Shown: positions 1-14,419 of the stretch, one piece after another | How positions within the stretch are numbered: position 1 is the stretch's first letter | Layout of the letters: each line of letters begins with the position of its first letter | Source: Octopus sinensis | Taxonomy: Eukaryota | DNA: 64,000 nt | Reading direction: 5' to 3' | Assembly (NCBI RefSeq): GCF_006345805.1 | Contig: NC_042997.1 | Span: 13,020,001 to 13,084,000 of the forward strand | Position numbers and translations under genes: made by a program | Notes under the pieces: generated by a model | Told to the model about the DNA's origin: nothing | Seen by the model: only the letters and a program-made list of their open reading frames with translations | Databases searched by the model: none

Positions 1-122
1 GAAATATGAGTGAAAAAAAGAAAATACACTAAAGCAAACAGAAAAATCAAGTTAGCAGCATTGCGAAGTCACGTTATTTTTTTGCACCTTTCAAGCCAAA
101 TGGTTACTTTCTTCTCTAGTGG

Positions 123-123
<1 letters not shown>

Positions 124-197
<74 letters not shown>

Positions 198-222
198 CTA
201 TCTCTCTCTCTCTCTCTATCTA

Positions 223-253
<31 letters not shown>

Positions 254-263
254 CTATCTCTCC

Positions 264-295
<32 letters not shown>
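124..295. repeat. Compound (TCTA)n/(CT)n/(TA)n microsatellite, representative of dozens of SSR tracts in the window
   Basis: Tandem TCTA, CT and TA units read directly; they explain the YLSI-repeat ORFs. Confidence 0.97.
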
Positions 296-584
296 CGAAT
301 TGTCTGTGTGCATGCATATTAAATTTTAGGCTACTAGTATACATTCGATGGAATTTACCTATTTTTAAGTGCGGTACATCCTCGGCATGAAACGGAAAAT
401 GCCTTAATTGAATTGAGAACTAAATGCATGCATAGAAAAAAGCATAGAGCTGTACATATTTCTCTATTATCAGTGACATTGAATTAAATTTTAGGCTGGC
501 CTGTTTCGATTGTTTTGGAGATCCTGCTCAGTGATCACTTACTAGTATTTGTCAGGTAAATGAGAAATATGACTAATTTTTTTA

Positions 585-1004
585 TTCTATAATTTGTTTC
601 AGTCATTTGACTGCAGCCATGCTGGAGCACCGCCTTTAATCGAAGAAAACAACCCCATGATATATTCTATGTAAGCCTAGAAATTATTCTATCCATCTCT
701 TTAGCCGAACCGCTAAATTACAAGGACGGAGACACATCAAAATCGGTTGTCAAGGGATGATAGAGGGGGGGGGGGACAAACTCACACACACATACATAGA
801 TGTATTTCTCCATTTTCTTATCTTGTATTAGTAATTTGCGGTAAATCATTTTACCTTTGCCCATATAATACAGTAAATGAATTGATTGCATCGCAATCAT
901 TAGCATTTATGTATTAACTTTGTTGGGTACTTCACTAGCAGTATATTGGATATACGTTATCCCATAGAGGGTTGCATTTACAACCCCTATCTCAATTTGT
1001 ATAT

Positions 1005-1037
<33 letters not shown>

Positions 1038-1208
1038 TTACAACTAGCTTTCAGATTCTGTCGACCAAATCTCCACTCACAAGTCTTTGGTCGGTCCAAT
1101 GCTATAGTAGAAGACACTTGCCCAATGAGCTACGCAGTGGGGCTGAGCACGGGCGGAACCATGTCGTTGGAAAGCAAGCTTCTTACCACATAGCCACGCC
1201 TGCGCCTA
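585..1208 (-). mobile_element. CORE-like tRNA-SINE (family C), split: tail half 585-790, head half about 1040-1208
   Basis: Tail motif cagtcatttgactgcagccatgctggagcaccgcc and head motif gaagacacttgccc...ccacatagccacgcctgcgcc match other copies in the window. Confidence 0.8.
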
Positions 1209-2097
1209 ATACCGATTATAAAAATCAATTAGGAAGTCTTTCAATTGACTGGTTACTCCGACCGCTTTAATAGCAAGTGAAGAGACTTCATAGTATTTTT
1301 AGTATAGTATTATAGTATTCTTATTATTGAACGTATGAATTTATTTATGATTAGTAAATCTGACAAATATTTGATCCAATAAAACGTTCTTATTATATTG
1401 TCTAGAAAGATGACATGAATAATTGTGATGTGCTGAAGTATTTGAGATTAATTAGGTGGTTCATATAATCTAACGACCATAAATGTTGACTGCAACGAAT
1501 CTTTGGACTTGAAAAATCAATCTCTAACTCTTTTACATTTGGATGTTCTACGTTGTTAGACTGCAATATCCCGAATGGTATCACATGCTGTTACCAGCAG
1601 GAATATACGTTGCATAAATTTGTAATAAGTTGTAAGATGAGCAGAAAAGCAGGTCTTCAATTATGAATGCCCAGCTTATGCACATGTATATGGACCTTAA
1701 CTTGCTACACTCCAAGGAATTCAGTTTGAATTTAGGTCATGAATTCTGGATATTCCTCTACTTGCACTGCAACCCTACTGGAGTTTTGAGGTGCCCCAAT
1801 GCCAAGGAACCGTGGATGTTACAGAACAAGATGACAGTTGACTGTAGAGGGAATTATGCCTTATGAAATTCACTGCCATTCCACCTTGACCAGATTCAGG
1901 AAGCCACATGACTTTGAGTTTCAATGGATGATAAATCAAACTAAACGATTTATCCATATTAAAAATATAATATCAGAAAAGTAACTCATTTGGAAAACAA
2001 GTCAGACTGGAAATTACATCGAAATCGGGTTGATAATTGTTAATAATTTGTGTCCGACATATGTCACCGGGTTATCTAATATTGGGGAGCAACTTAC

Positions 2098-2183
2098 CAC
2101 AAACCAGCAGTTTCGTCCTACTTCATAAGACACAAAGGTACTAAACAAGTTTGCCATTAATGGCTTCTCTCTAGAGTTACAAG
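2098..2183 (-). CDS. Candidate 86-nt internal exon of an unidentified host gene (xCNSREKPLMANLFSTFVSYEVGRNCWFV)
   Basis: Acceptor tttatttacatAG, donor GTG|GTAAGT, one open frame, non-repetitive sequence; no homology recognised. Confidence 0.3.
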
Positions 2184-3293
2184 CTATGTAAATAAAGTGA
2201 AACTAAGTGAGAGGTTGAAGCTGAAATGTTTAATCGAATTACTATACGCGTGTTATTGTGGATAAGCCATTATCGAACTCTCTACTAGTAGCAACTAAAA
2301 GTTAATATTTCTTAAATATCAATGCAATACATGCACAAGCATTATATAAACTCTACATAATATATGGAGGTGAGAAAACTCCCGATAGATATATCTCGTA
2401 TTGTTTTCTTTACACCGTTATTATCATTATACTATTAGAAATGTTAAAAAAGTGAATACGAAATAACAACTTATGATAGCCTGGTGATACGCTTTTTTTT
2501 TTTCTTTCAAAAAGTTAAATAATAAGAAAAACAACATGATTTACCCTGGAATATTGTCGTTCTTCCAAACTTTTAAAATCGTAGTTGTATCAATAAGATG
2601 ACGCTGTAATGATGATGCTATAATGGTGTTGTTACGTTAAAAACAACAAAGCCCTCATTGGCATTCGCCGATAAACACTGTACGTCTATAAAAGGTGTTA
2701 TAACTGGAGGTCGTTTCACAACATTTATTCTCTCCATCGATGATATAAACAAATTATTTCACTAGCTGTTTGTTTGTGGAGCCAGCAGCGACGTCTTTAT
2801 CAGCCTTATTAAGGTGAACATTTTTGTATATTACGAAAAAAGAAAATGTTCATTACAACTAATAGATTCGTGTGCAGCAAGCTATCTTTATTTTTTTCAA
2901 CAACGCCTCAGTTGTGTTCCAACATTTGCATACGCACATACGTATATTTACAGACACACACACACACACGCACACATATATATACATATATATACACATA
3001 TATATGTACATACATGTATATATATGTGTAGATATATATATATGTATGTATATGTATGTGTATATATATATATACATATCTGTAAGTATGTATAGAAGCA
3101 TGCATGTATATATTCATACCTATATATACACGCACAGACATACACATATACACAGAAGTCAGCCTAACATCTCTCTCTCTCTCTCTCTCTCTCTTACATC
3201 CTCTTGCTCATTTTCTCTCTTTCTCACACTATATGTGGGGCATATGTGTGTATATATAATTGTATGTATATATATATGTATATATATATATAT

Positions 3294-3353
<60 letters not shown>

Positions 3354-4468
3354 TATATATATTATATATATATATATACATACATATATATATATAAAAT
3401 TATATCATGTATGTATGTACGTATGTATATGCATATATGCGTTTAAAATGTTCGTAGAGAGTAAATATGAAGTCAAATTACTTTCCTGTATAGTTATGTT
3501 CATGTGAGAATATAATTATATGCATACAGAGGTATAAATACTGACACACGCATGCACACACATGTACACCTATATACATCTTTCTTTCTCCCTCTCTCTG
3601 TCTATCTATTTATGTATCTACATTCAGGCTATATGTATACATAGTATTATACATTTACCGATACTGTTTTATATAGGGTAAATATGTTTCGTTGTTGTAG
3701 TTTAATTAATAATGTTAGTGTTTAATACTTCCTAGACTTAAGATTGAATGAATGTGGTGATATCTAAAGTACACTTGTTCCCAAGCAACCCTTATTTTAG
3801 TGTTGTTCACACCACCGGATTGAATGGTATTGCCCAGGTGTCGACACCATAGTGATATCCGTGAGGCAGCTTATGATAGAAGTATGCTGGATTTTTGATA
3901 TGGGTGTTATTGTATGCACGGAATAGTTATATAACACATCCATTTGATATATATTTTTTTGTATGTAAGTAGGTGGATGGATAGGTAGATAGGTAGGTAG
4001 GTAGGTAGGTATTATGCTTTCCTATTCGCACACTGGCTCTAATACTCTGATGCTAGATTGTTCGTACATTATACATGTTTCGGAATAACGTCTTAGATGA
4101 CAATAAAGCATAATATAAAAGTGAATAAATTTCAAAGGAATTGAAATTATGCAATTGTTTATCGTTTTACATTTAATTTCTTGCTCACTTTTACATCATG
4201 CAAAATTCGAAAAAGCAAAAACAGATCGCATGACATTTCACATATTTTCTGGATGAATATCCCGAACAAATTCCAGATAAACCAAATACACCCGTATATA
4301 TCTCTGCAAAGAATAACTCTTTTCTCGAATGGGTTCTGGTACGCAAAGAATGACTGTCATATGTAACGACATTAAATTACTTTGGTAGGTGGTGCTATTA
4401 AGATAGTCATGGCCTGGGTTACTTCTAACCGAAACTAATCTAAGTATGTATATATATATATATATATA

Positions 4469-4605
4469 TTGGTAAAAACGGTAAGATGACAAAAGAAAGA
4501 AAGAGACCTCAATATTATGTAAATAGAGGAAATTTAACTATAAAATAATACGTTACATTTACTCAATAGTCAAGATAAAACTCTTGACTATTGAGTAAAT
4601 GTAAC

Positions 4606-4612
<7 letters not shown>
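4469..4612 (-). mobile_element. Putative PLE 3' tail fragment with fold-back end, bounded by (TA)n
   Basis: T-rich tail on minus ending cttaccgtttttaccaa before (TA)n; perfect 24-bp hairpin at the other end; duplicated at 6053-6195. Confidence 0.5.
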
Positions 4613-4637
<25 letters not shown>

Positions 4638-4767
4638 GGTACTTGACTGAGGAAAGAAAACTACGAATGACCCGTCCTTGTTTTCTGCGAATCGTCTATC
4701 TGGATGTTTTGTTGTCCCATTTTTGTATCACCTAAATGTCCGGATGTTTTGCGTCATTGTCCCATTG

Positions 4768-5012
4768 TAAGATCGTGGGTTTGATTCCCAGACAGGGCGT
4801 TGTGTTGTGTTCTTGAGCAAAGCATTTCATTTCACGTTGCTCTGCACTCATTTCGACATCTGACATGACGCACCCATTGCACCTGTACAGGGAGTGAGCT
4901 TATGTCTACACAATTATTTGATCACTATAAATAAATCCTGTGTAGTTGTTCGGTAAGAAATTGTCGAACCCTCACACGTCGTCTAACAATGGGGGGAATC
5001 CGTCATATACAT
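4768..5012 (+). mobile_element. 5'-truncated tRNA-SINE (B-box plus CORE-like segment), duplicated at about 6372-6612
   Basis: B-box-like gggtttgattccc followed by gttgtgttcttgagcaaagcattt. Confidence 0.7.
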
Positions 5013-5027
5013 ACGTATATATATATA

Positions 5028-6005
5028 GGTGAGAAAGTTGGTGTGTGAAAGCACGTGGTTGAATATATAGAAAATAGTAAAAAGGGAAAAAACTACAGAA
5101 GGCTTGTTTTAAAAGGTTAAAAAATACATATTTGAGTCATTATGTTAGAAGTATGTTATAAATTTTTTTCATACAGTGACATAGTTTTTGAAGAAATTAC
5201 CGGTTGCGTGTTTAACTTTTCAAATTTCTCAAAACATTGTGTTATGATTTCGTTAAGAAGTGTAAGAGGAGAGTTCCAGGTAAGGGGAGGTAATAAGTGA
5301 TTTCTTCCGGTGTAAGGGAGATAATCGCTTTATATTTCTTGTCATTTTTTTAATGGGGTGAGTTTCTCTGTATAAGAATGTTAGAGTGGTTAAGTTGGGC
5401 TTATATTTTTCAATGAAGAATGTTTCCTTGTTTAGTTTAATTTGTGTTGGTGTTCCAATAGCACATTGATAAAATGGAAAGATTAAAAATTGTGATAGTA
5501 GTTGCTTTGCGCATTTCTCAATATGCTCACTAAAGGGTATCATTCTGTATTCTGGGAATGCAATCTGTTGTCGATGCAGTGTGCATCTACGTCTGAGTGA
5601 TAGTCCCGTGGACCCCACGTAGTTTTGGTGGCAGCCGGGCATCTTATGACATAAATTATGTTTTCAGAGGCACAAGTAAAATTAGATTTCATCTTGAATT
5701 TTTGTCCCTCTTTGAAGAGGAATTCTGATCCTTCTAGAAGGTTTGGGCATGTTGCACAGTTTGGTCTACCACATTTTTTAATTTTGCATCCGTAATTTCA
5801 GAAAGCAATTTTGCTTTTGTAAGAATCTTTTTAAGTGATTTTTTAGAAATTTGAAAAGTTAAACACGAAACCCGTAATTTCTTCAAAAACTATGTCACTT
5901 TATGAAAAAAAATTATAACATTCTTCTGACATAATGACTCAAATATATATTTTTTAACCTTTTAAAACAAGCCTTCTGTAGTTTTTTCACTTTTTACTAT
6001 TTTCT
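5028..6005 (-). mobile_element. PLE 3' fragment: Cys-rich linker plus GIY-YIG endonuclease and 3' UTR, with an inverted copy of the UTR at its 5' end
   Basis: Minus translation KCGRPNCATCP...NIIYVIRCPGCHQNYVGSTGLSLRRR...ETFFIEKYKP; 5066-5232 inverted relative to about 5840-6005. Confidence 0.9.
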
Positions 6006-6016
6006 ATATATATATA

Positions 6017-6048
<32 letters not shown>

Positions 6049-6052
6049 TATA

Positions 6053-7715
<1,663 letters not shown>

Positions 7716-7811
7716 CGGGAAGCTTTATGAAAATAAACAAAAGACGAAGGCAGGTGGAAAACAAACGAACAATGTATTAGTATGGCGCTCAGGAAATATA
7801 AATAAAACAAG

Positions 7812-7849
7812 TCTTTAACGTTTCGAGCCTACGCTCTTCAACAGAAAGA
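7812..7849 (-). ncRNA. Minimal type I hammerhead ribozyme motif in PLE tail, core CUGUUGA
   Basis: Minus: UCUUU-CUGUUGA-A-GAGC(GUAG)GCUC-GAAA-CGU-U-AAAGA; stems I and II pair, stem III is the palindrome ACGU. Confidence 0.75.
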
Positions 7850-8627
7850 TACACAGAGAGAGAAAAACACAGAAAGAAGGAGAGAAAAAAATGCGTGCAG
7901 TAGCTAACGAATCAACATGGCGATCTGATTTCGGCCAGAGGTCAAAGATCAAACATGAGACGCGAGAGCGAAATAAGTGGAGATAATAGGGTTGATAAAA
8001 GGGTTGAGGGACCAGCTAAAAGTGCGTGGGAGGGGTCTGGATGTGTGTATGTATAGGGTTGGTGTATGTATTAGTATGTATAAGGGTGTGTGTGTGTGTG
8101 TGTGTATGAGAGAGTATTAGTGCGTAGGATTGGTCTGGACGTGCGTATGTATGGGGTTGGTGTATGTATTAGTATGTATTAGTATGTATTAGTACGTATT
8201 GGTATGTATAGGTGTGTGTGTGTGTGAGAGAGTATAAGTGCGTATGTGGGGTCTGGACGTGTGTATGTATAGGGTTGGTGTAAGTATTAGTATGTACTAG
8301 TATGTATTAGTACGTATTAGTATGTATTAGTTGGTGTGTGTATTAGTATGGCACATCATATGTGATGTGATGTGTAAAGTCATGTGGTGTAGTGAGGAGA
8401 AGAGGGGGAGGGGGAGAAGAGGGGGGAGAGAAGGGGAGGGGAAGAGAAGGGGGAGGAGAAGGGGGAAGAGGAGAGGATGGGGGAGAAGGAAGGGGAGAGA
8501 GGGAGCAGAGGGAAGGGGAAGAGGGAGGGAGAAAGAGGGAAGGTAAGGGGAGTAGGGGTGAAAGGATGAAGGACTGAAGAAGTAGGGGTCGGGGGGAGAA
8601 AGGATAGGTGAGGAGGGGAGAGGGGGG

Positions 8628-9083
8628 TTAGATGAGAAGGGGGGGAGAGTTGAGACCAAATGGCGTATAAGAGCGAAGAGAGAAGATTAATTCCTGTTCA
8701 CGGCGCAAACGGGAATCCGGATGGCCTCTGTGTAAGGACAAACCGAACACAGATAGGTGTTGCAAGGAGTGACCGGTGGAGCGGAAATGGCGTGAGACCG
8801 GTGTGTCGTTCGCAAGCTGGATGTCACGAAGGTGTTCCGCGAACCGGTCAGCCAAGCGGCGTCCCGTTTGTCCGATGTACAAGGAATTGCAGAGAGAGCA
8901 AGAGATGCAATAGATAATATTGCTGGAGGTGCAGGTGAAAGAGTGGATGATGGGATAGGGTCGATGGTGGGTGCTAGTGAGGCGGGTGGTGTTGGAGAGG
9001 TAAGGGCAAGTGCGGCAACGTGGGCGGGAGCAGGGGAAAGAGCCGGGTTGGGAGGTAGGGTCAGGGAAGGAGCTATGGACCAA
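8628..9083 (-). pseudogene. GIY-YIG endonuclease domain of PLE copy 1
   Basis: NIIYCISC..C..LYIGQTGRRLADRFAEH...REQELIFSL...GLN motifs. Confidence 0.92.
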
Positions 9084-9419
9084 AAGGTCTCGAAGGTTGT
9101 GGGCTCGTTTGAAAGAGGGGAGGGGTCGGTTAGGGAAGAGGTGTGAAGTGGAACGGGTCGGACTGGAGATGACGGAAAGCTCGAAGAATGGTGCGTTGGA
9201 GACGTAGGGTCGTGGGGTGGTAAGTGAGGGGAAAAGGGAGGCGGGAGACTACAGGGCGGGTTCGGGGAGAGAGAGCATATACACGGTCCACGGACCGTGC
9301 TCTGGCAAGGCGGTGTGGATAGTGGTGAGGGGGTATCCACGTAGGGTGAAGTGGTGAGCCATACGTTGAGACTGAGTCTCAAAGTCATGGTCGTCACTAC
9401 AGAGCCTACGTAGACGGAG

Positions 9420-10250
9420 GAATTGGGAATAGGGGATGGAAAGCTGGTGTGTTCTGGGTGGGAGGAAGAGAAGTTGAGGTATGAGTGTTGTGTCTGTGTG
9501 TTTGTAGTGAATGGAGGTGGTAAGAGTGGAGTGAAGAATGCTAACCGAAATGTCGAGGAAGGAGACAGAGGTGTTGAAGATAGTGGAAGTGAAGTGGAGG
9601 GCTGGATGGAAAGATTGGACGAAAGAGAGGAAGGAATCTAGATGTTCGCGGGAGAGTGAGGTGGCACGATAATGTCGTCAATATAACGACCATATAGTTC
9701 AGGAGTGGGACCAGTGAAATTAGAGAAATTTTGGGCTCAACATAGCCAACGAATAGGTTCGCATATTTGGGGCCCATTCGCGTTCCCATGGCCACTCCCG
9801 AGACCTGATGGTAGAACTCGCCCGCGAACGAGAAGCAGTTCAGAGTAAGGACAAGTTCGGCCAGACGAATGAGTGTGGAGGTGTCAGGTACAGGGTTAGA
9901 GCGGAGGTCAAGAAAGTGTCGAAGGGCCTGCAGTCCTTCGTGGTGAGGGTAACAGTATAGAGGCTTTGGATGTCCATAGTAAAAAGGATTTTGGAGGAGC
10001 CGGGAGGAAAGGAGAAAGAGTTGAAAAGCCGGAGAGCATGGTTGGTATCGTGGATGTGGGAGGGAAGAGATGCCACTAGGGGGGCAAGGACACGGTCGAG
10101 GTATTTAGAGATGAGCTCCGTGGGGCAGTTACAGGCGGAGACGATGGGGCGGCCAGGGTTGTTGTGGTTTGTGGATTTTGGGGAGGAAGTAAATGGTGGG
10201 GGTACGTGGGTTCGCACAATTAGGTTGGATGCGGTGCGGGGGAGACGGGA
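9420..10250 (-). pseudogene. Reverse transcriptase core of PLE copy 1, split over several frames
   Basis: RT motifs DIQSLYT, G.AMGTRMGP and YIDD lie in different frames. Confidence 0.92.
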
Positions 10251-11671
10251 GGACGAGATGAGGTCTTGGACAGTAGAGGATACCGTCTGTTGGTAGCTAC
10301 GTGTGGGGTTAGAGGGCAGAGGGGAATAGAAGGAGGGGTGTCATTGAGTTGGCGGAAAGCCTCGGCCCTATAGAGGTCCGCGCGCCACACCACTACAGCT
10401 CCACCCTTGTCAGCCGTTTTTGATGATAATGTCAGCGCGCCGTTGGAGGGAACGAAGAGCCAGAGCTCAGCCGGGGAGATGTTGAGGCGGCGTTGGCGCC
10501 TGGAGAAAGTTGAACCGCTCCAATGCACGCTGACAAGCGCCCGCGAAAAGATCCCTGCTAGGATCTGGCCAGGGGCAGAGGCGTCCACGGGGATGGTCGG
10601 CGGCCCAGGCCAGTGAAGCAGTCGTCCTCTTCGTTGGGTGTGGGTGGCGAGTCGTGGTAATGCGCACCCAACCGGACACGGCGCACAAAGCTGTGGACAT
10701 CAACTCGCGTCTGGAATTCCTTACAGGATGGAGTGAGGGGGATGAAACGCAGACCCCTACCGCAGAGAGGGGAAGATCGGGGGGAATGGTAACAACAGAC
10801 GGAAGTGGAGAAGGGGTGGGGAATAGAAGTAGGAGGGGTGGTAGGTCTCGTGGAGGTCTCTGAGGGGGAGGGATTGGGGAGGTGTGGGGGGGGGGGTTGG
10901 GCGGGGCAGTAGGGTTAGGTGTAGGTGGATGGAGCCTAACGGGAGGGGAGAAGGGGTTGTAGGGAGGGGCAGTGGGGTTAGGTTGTGGGTGGATGGAGCC
11001 TATCGGGAGGGGAGAAGGGTGGTGGAGGAGTTGGGGTAGTGCGTCGGGTAGGGTGGAATGGAGAGTGATTGGAGTTTACGAAGTTTGGTATCAGAAAGAA
11101 ATTGATGGAAGAGTTGATTCAAATGGATAATGAAGCGTAGCGTGTTTGGAGCATAGAGAGGCGGCAGAGAGGAGAAGAAGGTTGAGAAAGCAGGAGGAGG
11201 AAGGCGGTTGATGGCATGTAGTTTGGAGAGATTGGAGCGAATGGTGGCCCGCATAAGGCGGTAAGATGTGGTGCGGAGTATGGGTAAGATGGAAGAATCC
11301 GAGTGGAGAGCAGGGTGGAAGTGGAGGCGGGAACCTTTAGGGATGAGTCAGTGATGTAGGCAGCGGCTTAGGAAAGAGACACGGCTAGAGAAGCGGGTTT
11401 TTTTAAAAAGAAGTAGAGAGAGATTAACGGACGGCTGAAGGCAATATACAGGAAGTGAACGTAGATGATCCTTCAAACGGTGATGGAGGGTGAGGAGGTA
11501 GGACCTAGGATCCGGCATGATGGGATAGCGGAAAAAAAACGTTCGAAAAAACAAAAAAAAACAAAAAACAAAAATTATCGTATGAAAAAAATAGAAAAAA
11601 AGGATAGCGAAAAAAGGGGAAAAAACAAACGTTCAAAAAAAAAATATATATATATATACAGAGAGAAAGAG

Positions 11672-11721
<50 letters not shown>

Positions 11722-12304
11722 TCATCCACAGTGTTGATATAAGTGTCCTTGGATCTGCCTCAGGAATTCTGCACTGCTCGAGTTTTTAATGAATGAGGCA
11801 AACGGAAAATGAAGCCCACGCTAATCTTTATTTATCATAGCGATCGCTTCGACCCATCTTGCATCGGTTCCTTGTGGGGGGATACTGTACTACTAGTTGT
11901 ATTGAATCCTCCAGCCAGGTGCATCTCGTCAGTTGTGTTATTTTAAAGAAGATACTACGCTCAATATATTCAGTTTCGTTTAGCTCGGTTATACGGCATG
12001 TTGCCAGTAGGTTGTTGGCTAAAATGACAGGGGATGGATACAATTTCCGGGTAATGACCAGCCAAAAATTCCCACCCAGTTATCTGTAACAGACCACAAA
12101 CTGGCTGCACAGCGGGGCAGCAATACCCTTTGTCTTCTTGCCTCAAATAAGACCATCTTAGTTCTTTATAACCGTAATGACATCTGCTTAACGACGTGAG
12201 CAAGGGTATGTATGCGCAGTGACCACTAGAGTGTGTATGTATGTACGTTTATATATGTGGTTGTGTCTACATGCGTATACTTATTTTATATTTTTGTCTA
12301 CATG

Positions 12305-12427
12305 TACTCTTTTACTCTTTTACTTGTTTCAGTCAGACCGTGGGCATGCTGGAGCACCGCCTTTAGTCGATCGAGCAAATCGACCCCAGGATTTATTCTT
12401 TGAGGACAAACACACAAACATACACAA

Positions 12428-12520
<93 letters not shown>

Positions 12521-12682
12521 GACGGGCTTCTTTCAGTTTTCGTCTACCAAATCCACTCACAAGGCGTTGTTCGGCCCGAGGTTATAGTAGAAGACACTTG
12601 CCCTAGGTACCACGCAGTGGGACTGAACCGGAACCATGTAATTCGTAAACAAGCTACTTACCACACAGCCACTCCTACGCCT
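12305..12682 (-). mobile_element. Family C CORE-like tRNA-SINE with internal CA/TA microsatellite
   Basis: A-box tggctgtgtgg, B-box ggttcagtccc, CORE-like ggtacctagggcaagtgtcttc and conserved tail, all on minus. Confidence 0.88.
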
Positions 12683-12689
12683 CCTTGTC

Positions 12690-12983
12690 ATCTCGCACAC
12701 TTTTTTTACCTTTCCTTCTTTGATTCAGCTCTCTTGTTTTTAAAAACATTTTCCTCCATTTTTACCACTTCCGTCTTTTTAGTATGTGACCTCGTGAATA
12801 CTAACTGCAATTTTTTTCCCTCTGTCCTCCCGTCTCGGGATCTTTCTTTCTCCTCTGTTTCCGACGAAGAGCTCCGCTCGAAACGTCAAACCCTCCTTCT
12901 TCCATTCTTTCCTGCGCGTCCAATAATACTTTATTTGTTCCACATCCTTGCGTTGTTGTCTTTTTGTTTTCTTGTTTGGATTA

Positions 12984-12986
<3 letters not shown>
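12690..12986 (+). mobile_element. Solo PLE tail (second tail family) ending at (TA)n
   Basis: Pyrimidine-rich, contains a hammerhead motif, ends cttgtttggattaac before (TA)n; the same end occurs on minus at about 35417-35470. Confidence 0.7.
12857..12891 (+). ncRNA. Minimal type I hammerhead motif, core CCGACGA, GUC cleavage triplet
   Basis: GUUU-CCGACGA-A-GAGC(UCC)GCUC-GAAA-CGU-C-AAAC. Confidence 0.7.
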
Positions 12987-13029
<43 letters not shown>

Positions 13030-14419
13030 CATACATACATACATATATGTGTGTGAGTGTATACTTATTTTATATTTTTGTCTACATGTGTATCCTTTTT
13101 TTTTATTATCTGTTGTCATTTTTTATCTATTGTTATGTCATGTATTCACTGTGAAACATAGCCAGACCCATTAACCTGTTATAAACTCAAATTGTATAAT
13201 TACGCGCACGCGCGCATATATTCACATGCTTCTTCACATTCTCCTTGTTCCATTCACAATTTAGTGATCGATCCAGGCTATGAGTAGAGCGTATATAATT
13301 GACTTCAAATGGGATTCACTTTTGTCATGGACATATGTAATTTTTTCTTTCATAAAGCAAAGCGTTGGGTCATCAAATTTTGTATTTAGTAAACCGTATT
13401 AACAATCGTTTGCAATATTTAGTATGGCGTTTGCATGAATGAGATTGAGGTGGGGTGGAAAGAAAGATTGAAAATTAACTCCGACAAGAAACATAAGAGC
13501 TTTTACGGTCGCTTTACGAGGCTCTTCCCCAAACAAAATTAAATGTATATATATATATATACATATAACTGGAGGAAGAGAGACGGAGAGAGAGAGAGAG
13601 AGAGTGAGAGGGAGAGAGAAATTAATATTATTTGAGAAACGTAAGGTTACAACTCATATCTAATATATCATCTGCAGATTTAACTTTATTGATGATGCTT
13701 AGGCCAAATAAATATTAATTAGTGGTTTAAGGGCCACAGAAGTCAAAATTAACAGATGCATTCATATCTTTCCAGGTAAATGAATGATTAAGATGTTGGT
13801 ATTGTTTCTGTTACTAGAAGCATCTCAATTAAAAAGAGAAGGAAATGAAAATACCTCTGGCTGCGGTTGTTAGAGAACAGGTCGGGAATGACCAGTAAAT
13901 GAAACGCTGAATTGCAAATATATTATTTCTTTGATGTATATGATCCTGTAGCATGCAATTATGAATTATTCTCTTCATATACATGATCATGCCATTTTAT
14001 GTGTCTCATTTATATAGTAGGCGCAAGCGTTGCTGTGTTGTAAGTAGTTTGTTTTTCGTTCGGTTTCCTTGTATGTTTTCACTGTCATGTTTTTGTTCCC
14101 AACTTTGACCCTACATAAATACTAAATTTCTATTTTAGAATTTATGGGAGCAACTGTCTTTGAAGACTCATACTGTCGCTGAATGCTCGAAATAGACAGC
14201 CGACAACTCATGAAGTGTCCTTCCTTTGTGTTTGCTTGTTTTGTTTTCCATTTTTTTCTCATTGTTTACGTGTTTCATGTTATTTGCACCGTTGGTGACC
14301 TCCTATACCCGGAGGTATAGTACTCTTCCGTTACCCGGATTAAACAGTACTCTTCCGTTGGTGAGGAATTGCACCAATATACACTACGACGTTTGAACCT
14401 TTTGAACATAACTAAAACG

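Noticed and set aside
1400-1950. Possible decayed RNase H-type LINE region on plus
   Set aside because: No diagnostic motif survives and all frames have many stops.
4638-4672. CTGAGGA...CGAAT as a hammerhead
   Set aside because: No GAAA core half, a weak stem II, and no stem I or III.
11830-12200. GC-richer segment with a possible BEL/Pao integrase end on minus
   Set aside because: Similarity is limited to a few residues interrupted by stops.
14153-14212. ctgtct-TTGAAGA...GAAA-tagacag hammerhead-like motif
   Set aside because: A stem I-like pairing exists, but stem II does not form and the cleavage-site register is off. At best a decayed relic.
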